In this document: positions 56,928 through 64,000 of the stretch, in pieces
Layout: each line of letters begins with the position of its first letter
Numbering within the stretch: the stretch's first letter is position 1
NCBI GenBank assembly: GCA_050950145.1
Contig: JBMNHB010000001.1
Location: 208,511 to 272,510 of the forward strand
Length of the DNA stretch: 64,000 bases
DNA from: Candidatus Dojkabacteria bacterium
GTDB taxonomy: Bacteria; Patescibacteriota; Dojkabacteria; SC72
Direction of reading: 5' to 3'
The notes under the pieces: generated by a model
Databases searched by the model: none
Seen by the model: the letters and a program-made list of their open reading frames with translations, nothing else
Told to the model about the DNA's origin: nothing
Translations under genes and position numbers: made by a program

Positions 56928-57694
56928 TGAATAACGATCTAAATATTTACACTCTAACTTGTTTGGAAGGAACTAAATCTTTTGTATTAAAAGAACTGTT
57001 AGAAAAATTTCCTGATAGTGTAATTGTAAAAGAGAGTGAGAAGGAAATACTCTTTAGTAGTAGTCAAAAGGATATTGAAATATTTAGAAATCTTTACTCT
57101 CCAACTCATATTAAAAGTGATTTAGGTAAGGTTCTTAATCTTTCAAGAAGAGAGTGGAGGAAAGGATATATGCCAGCAGGTATTAATCCTTCTCTTGCAT
57201 ATATTCTGTGTATGATAGCTGAATTAAGAGAACAGGATATTTTGTATGATCCTTTTTGTGGTTCTTCAGTTATTCCAATTACGGCTCTTAAGTATTTTAA
57301 TATTAAGAGAGTAATCTGTTCTGATGTTAGTAGTAAAGCGATATTTACTAGTAAGTTAAATTTTCAATCTGCTAGTATAGAGGAGGGTAGGTACAAACTT
57401 TTTAGAAGTAGTATTGAGGATGTTAAGTTAGCAAAGAGGAATGTAGATAAAATTGTTAGTAATTTACCATTTGGTATTAGAACAGGTAGTCATGATGAGA
57501 ATATTAATCTGTATTCTGCTTTGGAAAAGATTGCTCAGAAACTTCTAAGAAGACAAGGGATGTTAGTATTACTAACACAAGAGAAAAAACTTCTTAGAGA
57601 TGTATTTAAAAAAGATGTTTGGGATATTAAGAGTGTAGCTACTGTAAATGAGGGAGGGTTACTACCTGAGATTTTTGTTGTAAAAAGAAAGTAG
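56927..57694 (+). CDS. THUMP-associated class I RNA methyltransferase (UPF0020 family, Trm14/TrmN/RlmL-like)
   Basis: YDPFCGSSVIPITA matches the DPMCGSGT motif. The N-terminal ~90 aa are THUMP-like. Confidence 0.6.
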   Translation: MNNDLNIYTLTCLEGTKSFVLKELLEKFPDSVIVKESEKEILFSSSQKDIEIFRNLYSPTHIKSDLGKVLNLSRREWRKGYMPAGINPSLAYILCMIAELREQDILYDPFCGSSVIPITALKYFNIKRVICSDVSSKAIFTSKLNFQSASIEEGRYKLFRSSIEDVKLAKRNVDKIVSNLPFGIRTGSHDENINLYSALEKIAQKLLRRQGMLVLLTQEKKLLRDVFKKDVWDIKSVATVNEGGLLPEIFVVKRK

Positions 57695-57736
57695 GGCAAG
57701 GACATCCTCACCCTACTAGATAAACGATGTTTTTCC

Positions 57737-58489
57737 TTACTTCTTTATCTTTTCCTCAATCTCTTCTTTACTTAATTTCTTTGTACAGAAGAACCAGTCC
57801 TTACAATCCATATCTCCATCTTGCATTCTATCTTTAGCAACACCACATGATCCTGCCGTAGGTACAATTACATCATCACCTGGATTCCAATCGGCTGGTG
57901 TAGCAACACCGAACTCATCTGCTGTTTGTAGAGATTTAAGGACTCTGAGTAACTCATCAAAGTTTCTACCTGTACTCTGTGGATAGTAGATGATTGTTCT
58001 AATGATACCTTTTGGATCAATGAAGAATACTGCTCTTACTGCCTTAGTTTCACTCTCACCTGGTTGAATCATTCCATATTTCTTAGATACTGCCATTGTA
58101 ATATCTTCAATCAATGGGAATGTTACCTCTACATCCTTCATACCATTCCATTCCATCTTCTCTTTGATTGTTCTTAACCATGCAATATGGCTGTAAAGAC
58201 CATCAACTGAGAGACCAACTAACTTACAGTTTAACTCTTCAAACTCTTTCTCTCTTGTAGCAAATGTCATAAATTCAGAAGTACATACAGGTGTAAAGTC
58301 TGCAGGGTGGCTAAAAAGAATTACCCAACTTCCTTCATACTGTTTAGGAAATTCAATATCTCCTTGTGTAGTTACAGCCTTAAACCCTGGAGCTTTGTCT
58401 CCAATTCTGGGCATCTGTACTATCTCATTTTCTGCTAAGCAGTAGTCGCAACAACAATAACCGTAATCATCTGTTAAATTCTCATCCAT
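57737..58489 (-). CDS. Peroxiredoxin (Prx6/archaeal-type, AhpC/TSA family). The true start may be the internal ATG at 58414
   Basis: PRIGDKAPGFKAVTTQGDIEFP...FSHPADFTPVCTSEF peroxidatic-Cys motif. Confidence 0.8.
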   Translation of the reverse strand: MDENLTDDYGYCCCDYCLAENEIVQMPRIGDKAPGFKAVTTQGDIEFPKQYEGSWVILFSHPADFTPVCTSEFMTFATREKEFEELNCKLVGLSVDGLYSHIAWLRTIKEKMEWNGMKDVEVTFPLIEDITMAVSKKYGMIQPGESETKAVRAVFFIDPKGIIRTIIYYPQSTGRNFDELLRVLKSLQTADEFGVATPADWNPGDDVIVPTAGSCGVAKDRMQDGDMDCKDWFFCTKKLSKEEIEEKIKK

Positions 58490-58569
58490 ATATTTTTACC
58501 ACTAATTTTATATACTTTTCTATTTTACAGTATCACTCTACTGATGTGAAATATTCATACTATCATCAT

Positions 58570-59145
58570 TTAATGTTTATGTTGATGATTGAGGGATTTC
58601 TCTTGTCGTTTCTTATAATATTTCTTTAATTGTTTTCGGTATGATTCTAAGAGTTTTATAGCTTTGTTTGCGTCATCAATACTGTAGTTGTCTAGCTCTC
58701 TGTTTTCTCCTGATTGAAAATGTTGTAAATTCCTTTGTTTTCTCAACCAGTGGAGTAGAACTGCTATGTCGCTTGATATGATTTGGTAGTCTCTTGCTGC
58801 TATATTTATTAAATCTAAATATTTAATTCTTTCAATACTCTCTGGGTTATTAGATGCTTTCTTTACAGTATATTCTAATGATGCCTCTATTATAGAGTTT
58901 GTGTTAACTAGAATGTTTTTACATAGTAGTGATTCTATCGTTGCGTATATGTAAAAGTGATTGTATAGCCTGATGAGAAAATCTAAGTATTGGAGATGAT
59001 ATGAAATATTTCTTCTTAGTACATCATCATCGTCATTATCATCATCATCTATAAATTCCCATTCTTCTCTCCAATCTCCTGCTAAACCTAAGTCTAAAGA
59101 AGTTAGGCTTTCTTTGTCGTCACTTTGTATAAGTTGTTGTAACAT
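58570..59145 (-). CDS. Hypothetical acidic protein with an Asp-run (DDDDNDDDDV)
   Basis: ORF only; low-complexity acidic tract. Confidence 0.35.
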   Translation of the reverse strand: MLQQLIQSDDKESLTSLDLGLAGDWREEWEFIDDDDNDDDDVLRRNISYHLQYLDFLIRLYNHFYIYATIESLLCKNILVNTNSIIEASLEYTVKKASNNPESIERIKYLDLINIAARDYQIISSDIAVLLHWLRKQRNLQHFQSGENRELDNYSIDDANKAIKLLESYRKQLKKYYKKRQEKSLNHQHKH

Positions 59146-59190
59146 TGTTGGTATAATACCATATTTACATAAATAATATATACTCTAACT

Positions 59191-60222
59191 ATGAATGTTA
59201 TAGTACTATGTGGTGGTCTTAGTCCTGAGAGAGATGTATCTCTGTCTTCTGGTGCATTAATAGGGAATGCTTTGTTAAAGAATAATCATAGTGTATGTAT
59301 GTTAGATCTGTATTTAGGTTGTGATATTCCTAAGGGTGGTATATCTAAGTTGTTTAAGAAAGGTGGTAAACCATTTAAATATGTAGTACCTAAGAATGAA
59401 CCTGATTTAGCAGAATTAGAAAAGATATATGGTAGTGAGAAGATAGGGAAGAATGTATTAGAGATATGTAAGTATAGTGATATTGTATTTTTAGGATTAC
59501 ATGGTGATATTGGAGAGAATGGTAAGTTACAGAAAATATTTGAAGATTTAGGTATTAGATATACAGGTAGTGATTCTAAATCTTCTATGTTAGCTATGGA
59601 TAAAGGTAAGAGTAAGGATATGTTTGTTAAGAATGGTATTCTTACTCCTAAGTATGTAATAGTTAGGAAAGGAGAAGAGGTACCTAAGTTTGATATTCCT
59701 TGTGTAGTTAAACCATTGGATTGTGGTTCTAGTGTAGGGGTTAGGATAGTAAGAAGTAAGGATGAGTTAGATGATGCTGTTAGAGAGGCTAGGAGGTATT
59801 CTGATGATATTCTTCTTGAGGAGTATGTAAAGGGTAGGGAGTTTTCTGTAGGCATACTGAATGGGGAGGTGTTACCTAGTATTGAGATTATACCTAAACA
59901 TGGTTTCTATGATTACAAGAACAAGTATCAGAAGGGAGCTAGTATTGAAGTATGTCCTAGTAACTTAACCCAAGAGAAAGAGGAAGAGGTAAGGAGTATT
60001 GCATTAAGAGTACATAATGTATTGGGTTTGGGTAGTTATTCTAGGATAGATTTTTTACTTAGTGATACAAAAAACAAATTTTTTTGTTTAGAAGCTAATA
60101 CATTACCTGGTATGACTCCTACTAGTTTATTACCACAGGAAGCTATGGTAGTAGGTATATCATTTGAAGAGTTATGTGAAAGGGTGGTGAGTAGTCTAGA
60201 GTATGGGATAGTAATGAAATAA
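59191..60222 (+). CDS. ddl: D-alanine--D-alanine ligase
   Basis: MNVIVLCGGLSPERDVSLSSG N-terminus and an ATP-grasp C-terminal domain. Length 343 aa. Confidence 0.85.
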   Translation: MNVIVLCGGLSPERDVSLSSGALIGNALLKNNHSVCMLDLYLGCDIPKGGISKLFKKGGKPFKYVVPKNEPDLAELEKIYGSEKIGKNVLEICKYSDIVFLGLHGDIGENGKLQKIFEDLGIRYTGSDSKSSMLAMDKGKSKDMFVKNGILTPKYVIVRKGEEVPKFDIPCVVKPLDCGSSVGVRIVRSKDELDDAVREARRYSDDILLEEYVKGREFSVGILNGEVLPSIEIIPKHGFYDYKNKYQKGASIEVCPSNLTQEKEEEVRSIALRVHNVLGLGSYSRIDFLLSDTKNKFFCLEANTLPGMTPTSLLPQEAMVVGISFEELCERVVSSLEYGIVMK

Positions 60223-60380
60223 TAGTGTTCTATATCCCTGAAACAGGTAGAATCAGATGTAACTCATATGATGATAAAGGAAACGAAATATATAATCCAG
60301 AGTGTGTTGATTTTCTAGTTTTTCCTGTATTCATCTTAGAGTATTAGCTTTGTACCAGAGTAAATCTATCTCTTTTTCTT

Positions 60381-60475
60381 TGAAAATACCCCTAATTTTT
60401 GTATAATATATATAGAGAGGTGGAGGCCACTTGACCCCTTTGTGTCAGGGTTAGGTTTCCATCTTTTTTATTTCC
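60381..60475 (+). repeat. 95-nt repeat unit A: TGTATAAT-like box, then a long GC-rich hairpin (loop CCCTTTGTGTC) and a T-tract. Intrinsic-terminator-like, possibly an sRNA unit
   Basis: About 93% identical to unit B, which sits exactly 200 nt downstream. GGTGGAGG/CTTCCATC outer stem and ACTTGACCC/GGGTTAGGT inner stem, followed by TTTTTTATTT. Confidence 0.6.
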
Positions 60476-60516
60476 ATTTGCTTTCATACTGCACTTTTTA
60501 TATAACAAAGATAGGA

Positions 60517-60570
60517 AGAGGGAGGTTACCCGAACCCTTTGTGTCGGGTCTTATCTCCCTCTTTTGTAAT
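60517..60570 (+). repeat. Related hairpin element between units A and B (outer AGAGGGAG/CTCCCTCT, inner ACCCGA/TCGGGT, same CCCTTTGTG loop) followed by TTTTG
   Basis: Seen directly. Shares the loop motif with units A and B. Confidence 0.5.
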
Positions 60571-60580
60571 CTAAGAAATT

Positions 60581-60675
60581 GAAAAATCCCCTTATTTTTT
60601 GTATAATATATATAGAGAGGTGGAGGCCACCTGACCCCTTTGTGTCAGGGTTAGGCTTCCACCTTTTTTATTTCC
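60581..60675 (+). repeat. 95-nt repeat unit B. Its 3' end overlaps the last 8 codons of the minus-strand ORF 60651-61133
   Basis: Carries compensatory changes relative to unit A (T to C making C-G from T-G in the inner stem; outer stem GGTGGAGG/CTTCCACC). Confidence 0.6.
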
Positions 60676-61133
60676 AACATATCAATAACCTCCTTATTCC
60701 TTACGATAATAATATTTACATTACCTCTTTGATTATTAAGTAGATATCTCCTAGTTCTATGTATAGCTTCTTTCTTAATTTCCTTAATACTTTTCTTATT
60801 ACCACTAACATCTAAAAGTATTACACCTTCTCCTTTTATCTGTTGTAGTCCTTTCCTTGTTTGACTATCTATACTAGACCTACCTTTAGCTGTTTTAATT
60901 TCTAATTTAATACCAGACCAGATAGCATCAGGCATTTTAATACCACTTTGTACATCTACCTTTAGAAACTTTATCTTCCCACCAAATTCTTTAACCACAA
61001 CCTCTGCCATACTCATCTCATGCTTACTTGGTTTCCTCTGTCTTCTATCTATATCCCCTACACCAGGTGTTAATCTTTTTCTAAAAGTATTCTTAATACT
61101 TCTAACCTCAATTAGAATATCTATATTACTCAT
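60651..61133 (-). CDS. Hypothetical basic protein
   Basis: ORF only; 160 aa. Confidence 0.35.
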   Translation of the reverse strand: MSNIDILIEVRSIKNTFRKRLTPGVGDIDRRQRKPSKHEMSMAEVVVKEFGGKIKFLKVDVQSGIKMPDAIWSGIKLEIKTAKGRSSIDSQTRKGLQQIKGEGVILLDVSGNKKSIKEIKKEAIHRTRRYLLNNQRGNVNIIIVRNKEVIDMLEIKKVEA

Positions 61134-61238
61134 GTATGGATATATCTAAATTATCTCCATACACATTCTAAATACTAAAAATGAATTTCAGATTAACAGA
61201 TATAGTATAATGGAGGAATAATATGACAATATAAAAGT

Positions 61239-62009
61239 ATGTCTTCCTTACAAAATTACTACAACAACATATATACAGAAGACGATAGACTCTTTAAAGA
61301 CCAAAAACATAAAACAGAATTCATACTAACTACTGACTACATAGATAAATATCTTAAAAAAGGTATGAAGATATTAGAACTAGGAGCAGGTACAGGAGCA
61401 TACTCTCTTCTCTATGCATCCAAAGGATATGAAGTAGATGCACTGGAATATATTAAGGAGAATTTAGATATTCTTAAATCTAAAATAACCAAAGATATGA
61501 ATATTAACCCTGTACTAGGAGATGCAAGAGATCTATCAATGTATGAAGATAATACCTTTGATATGGTACTAAACCTAGGACCTCTCTATCACCTAGAAGG
61601 AGAGGATAGGGATAAGGTAATACAAGAAGCTAAGAGGGTATGTAAAAAGGGAGGATTAATATACTCTGCATATATATCTAATAACTTTACATTTGTAAAA
61701 TGTATAAAGAAATTTGATAATTACATCATAGAATACAAAGAAGAGATACTAGAAGGATATAGATTAAGAGATAGTCAAAATGTATTTACATTCATGTATC
61801 CAAGTGAAATGGAAGAGTTAATGAAGAAGTATGACCTATCTAAAGTTCATCATCTGACAACAGATGGTATTAGTAGTCTCCTCATTGATCGAATCAATGA
61901 ATTACCAGAAGAACAGTATGAAGTATGGATAGATTACTTAAGAACAACAGCAGAGAGAGAAGACCAACTAGGATATGGAGAACATCTATTATATATTGCT
62001 AGGAAGTAA
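61239..62009 (+). CDS. Class I SAM-dependent methyltransferase
   Basis: ILELGAGTGAYSLLYASKGYEVDALE motif I/II region. Confidence 0.65.
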   Translation: MSSLQNYYNNIYTEDDRLFKDQKHKTEFILTTDYIDKYLKKGMKILELGAGTGAYSLLYASKGYEVDALEYIKENLDILKSKITKDMNINPVLGDARDLSMYEDNTFDMVLNLGPLYHLEGEDRDKVIQEAKRVCKKGGLIYSAYISNNFTFVKCIKKFDNYIIEYKEEILEGYRLRDSQNVFTFMYPSEMEELMKKYDLSKVHHLTTDGISSLLIDRINELPEEQYEVWIDYLRTTAEREDQLGYGEHLLYIARK

Positions 62010-62050
62010 GGATATTATTCCCAAATTCTTTATACATGTAATATTCCTTC

Positions 62051-62404
62051 CTACATCCCATCCCTATATTTATTCTTGTATGCAATAGTTAATTCTGTAA
62101 AATATCTATTAAAAAACTCATCATCAGAGTTATACACATTATCATACATAAAATAATCAACCCACATCTCTCTCATTCTACATAGTTCTTTACCTTGACC
62201 ATATGTTAATTTAGATTCTTTAGTTAAATCAAATAGTTCTAAAGATCTAACAAAAGCATCATATGCATATTTCTCTTCACCTTTCTTTCTCCAATTCAAT
62301 GCTCTGTATACTTCACTACCGATATTGGCCATCTGTTCTAAGAATGGTTTCTTTTGCCATATACCATTAGCTAAGTTTTTATGTTGGAACTTTCTCATTA
62401 TCAT
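62051..62404 (-). CDS. Hypothetical small protein, downstream member of a 4-nt-overlapping pair
   Basis: ORF only. Confidence 0.35.
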   Translation of the reverse strand: MIMRKFQHKNLANGIWQKKPFLEQMANIGSEVYRALNWRKKGEEKYAYDAFVRSLELFDLTKESKLTYGQGKELCRMREMWVDYFMYDNVYNSDDEFFNRYFTELTIAYKNKYRDGM

Positions 62405-62739
62405 GCAATTTTAGATTTAACAATATCTAAAATCTTTCTTTGTATTTTTGTATCTTCAACACTTCTACTGTTATTCCCAAAAGCAGGTCTTAGGTTAATC
62501 ATAGAATCAAACTCAATCATATCATCTCCTTCTCTGTCTGGAAATATATTAATACCCCAGAGATTCTCTTGTTTAGAACCTAAATCAAGTAAATATCTCT
62601 CTTGATCTGCATGTAACTCAGCATCAACAACTAATATTTCTTTCTCAATATCTACTACAGCTTTAACTAAAGCACCAAACATCTTAGTAGACATCTGTTC
62701 TAATTCTTCTTTAGTTATTGTTTCTTCTACTATTTTCAT
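62401..62739 (-). CDS. Conserved hypothetical small protein (resembles a DUF family recurrent in CPR/archaea)
   Basis: FGALVKAVVDIEKEILVVDAELHADQERYLLDLGSKQENLWGINIFP...IEFDSMINLRP. I recall this conserved pattern but cannot name the family with certainty. Confidence 0.4.
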   Translation of the reverse strand: MKIVEETITKEELEQMSTKMFGALVKAVVDIEKEILVVDAELHADQERYLLDLGSKQENLWGINIFPDREGDDMIEFDSMINLRPAFGNNSRSVEDTKIQRKILDIVKSKIA

Positions 62740-62805
62740 ATATCCATTATACCAAACAATTAGATGGGTGGTATAATAATAGAATATAAATTAATAAATA
62801 TATTT

Positions 62806-63333
62806 ATGAAGAAAAATACTAAAATCTTAATAATTGTAATTTTAATTCTTCTAATTCTCTTTGGTGTAATATTTTGTAAATTCTCAAGAAATAAACTATC
62901 TCTTAAAAAACAAGAAGAACAATTAGAAACCATTTATGAAGAAGAGTCTGTTTTTGAAGATGAATCAACTCCAGAGGAAGAACAGAAAGAACATAATCTT
63001 AAGCTAACTATAGTTGGACCAAAAGAAGATGTTATTCTAAGAGGACAGGCTAGAATGTATGATGCATTAGTAGAGGGTAATGGTAAGTATAGTAAGAGAG
63101 TTAGATGTTCTTGGAAATTCTATCTAAATGAAAATAATGAGGAAGTTCTATTTAGAGAACAAGATACTTCTAATTGGTTAAGTGAAGAATCAGAAAATAT
63201 TTGTGGTTTTACCTCAACCTTTATAGACAAGATAGGGAAGTTGAGAGTAGTACTAACTATGACAGTATATGATGCAACGAATGATAATATAGAGACTATT
63301 ACAGCTGAAAGAGAATATACGGTACTGAATTAG
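62806..63333 (+). CDS. Hypothetical membrane-anchored protein. The start is moved to the internal ATG at 62806 (MKKNTKILIIVILILL)
   Basis: N-terminal TM helix. A TATAAT lies at 62773-62778 upstream. Confidence 0.4.
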   Translation: MKKNTKILIIVILILLILFGVIFCKFSRNKLSLKKQEEQLETIYEEESVFEDESTPEEEQKEHNLKLTIVGPKEDVILRGQARMYDALVEGNGKYSKRVRCSWKFYLNENNEEVLFREQDTSNWLSEESENICGFTSTFIDKIGKLRVVLTMTVYDATNDNIETITAEREYTVLN

Positions 63334-63364
63334 AATGTAGAACTTCTAAAAAAATGTATTGAAA

Positions 63365-63441
63365 TTGGCGGAATGGACGGGGATCGAACCCGCAACCTTC
63401 GCAGTGACAGTGCGATGCTCTAACCAATTGAGCTACCACTC
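63365..63441 (-). tRNA. tRNA-Asp (anticodon GUC); CCA encoded
   Basis: The reverse complement folds as acceptor GGAGTGG/CCATTCC (one GU), D-arm GCTC-AATTGGTTA-GAGC, anticodon stem TCGCA/TGCGA with loop CTGTCAC, T-arm GCGGG-TTCGATC-CCCGT, and discriminator G + CCA. Confidence 0.85.
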
Positions 63442-63481
63442 CATATCTAGAAGAACAGTATATCAAAATATATCTTTAATC

Positions 63482-63937
63482 TCAATAACCATATATTCTT
63501 TTTACCACTCTCTTTTCATACTGTTCTCTCATATTTGCAATACCTGCAGTAGGAGGTTGATATGTCATATGAAAGGAATTATTTTTAATTTCTAATTTCT
63601 TTGTTAAGTCTGCCATCTGTATATTTCCTGTCTTCCCAGTTAATCCCTTAACAATCTCTAGTGCTGTTCTAAGTAAATTCTCTGCAGTTTCTCTATTTTC
63701 AATATTAATAGCAGCAAGAGGAAGTCTAGACATATTCTTATCTCCATCAGCTATAGCTATTTGAAAAAGTTTAATATCCTGGGGATTATCTGTACTACTT
63801 ACTCCAAAACATCTATCTGGAGCATTTATATTCTCTTCTAGGTATATTCTATACTGTTGACCATCCAACTCAATATCCTTCTGTGGCATTAAGTTTTCTA
63901 TACTAGGTACTACAAACTCACTTTCTTCTATTCGCAT
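63482..63937 (-). CDS. Hypothetical protein
   Basis: ORF only; 151 aa. Confidence 0.35.
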   Translation of the reverse strand: MRIEESEFVVPSIENLMPQKDIELDGQQYRIYLEENINAPDRCFGVSSTDNPQDIKLFQIAIADGDKNMSRLPLAAINIENRETAENLLRTALEIVKGLTGKTGNIQMADLTKKLEIKNNSFHMTYQPPTAGIANMREQYEKRVVKRIYGY

Positions 63938-64000
63938 ATCATATTAATAATTAAATATACTTCTGAATAGCCTCTTTGTATGTATCTTTAGCCTGAGCAC

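Noticed and set aside
60381-60675. ddl-downstream repeats considered as a CRISPR array or MITE
   Set aside because: There are only two full copies, 200 nt apart. They are direct, not inverted, about 95 nt long with internal hairpins and T-tracts. No terminal inverted repeats, target-site duplications or cas genes are present.
1-64000. Possibility of an alternative genetic code (UGA recoding, as in some CPR lineages)
   Set aside because: Long genes (secA 969 aa, proS, mnmA, elp3) translate uninterrupted with TGA as stop under the standard code. The stops I inspected are TAA or TAG, which is expected at this AT content. There is no evidence for recoding in this window.
63951-64000. Minus-strand coding fragment (about 16 codons, ...AQAKDTYKEAIQKYI then stop) at the right edge
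   Set aside because: It is too short to assign or even to be sure it is coding. It is mentioned only for completeness.

Overview
This is a 64 kb, low-GC (about one-third GC) bacterial window. It is densely packed with short genes that use TAA and TAG stops. The long ORFs read through intact with the standard code.

The gene content suggests a small-genome CPR/Patescibacteria-like bacterium. That is an inference, based on an archaeal/eukaryotic-type ProRS, an Elp3 homolog and weak Shine-Dalgarno signals.

Layout:
- 1-26 kb is one large cell-envelope glycan or glycosylation locus. It holds many GT2 and GT4 glycosyltransferases, two large GT-C-like polytopic membrane proteins, several SAM methyltransferases, a nucleotide-sugar dehydrogenase, a 2-epimerase-like gene and the complete dTDP-rhamnose pathway (rfbB, a long-form rmlA-like gene, rfbC, rfbD). 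A two-gene Panacea-domain (DUF4065) putative toxin-antitoxin module sits between rmlA and rfbC.
- 26-64 kb is mostly housekeeping: an M23 peptidase, secA, recO, a second block of GT4s plus a WbaP-like sugar transferase, an FN3-rich surface protein, tRNA-Lys(CUU), elp3, ndk, a family-4 uracil-DNA glycosylase, two tandem dcd-family genes, ogt, proS, a type II restriction-modification module with two methyltransferases flanking a small PD-ExK ORF, mnmA, a peroxiredoxin, ddl and tRNA-Asp(GUC).

Non-coding structure worth noting:
- a family of three related hairpin elements after ddl;
- two hairpin repeats exactly 100 nt apart in the ogt/proS divergent region;
- 19-bp perfect direct repeats bracketing a two-ORF cassette next to tRNA-Lys;
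- a 50-nt secA fragment duplicated 1.5 kb downstream of secA;
- an orphan minus-strand intrinsic terminator upstream of the TA module.

No rRNA and no CRISPR array were seen. A roughly 16-codon fragment of a minus-strand gene runs off the right edge (63951-64000) and cannot be identified.
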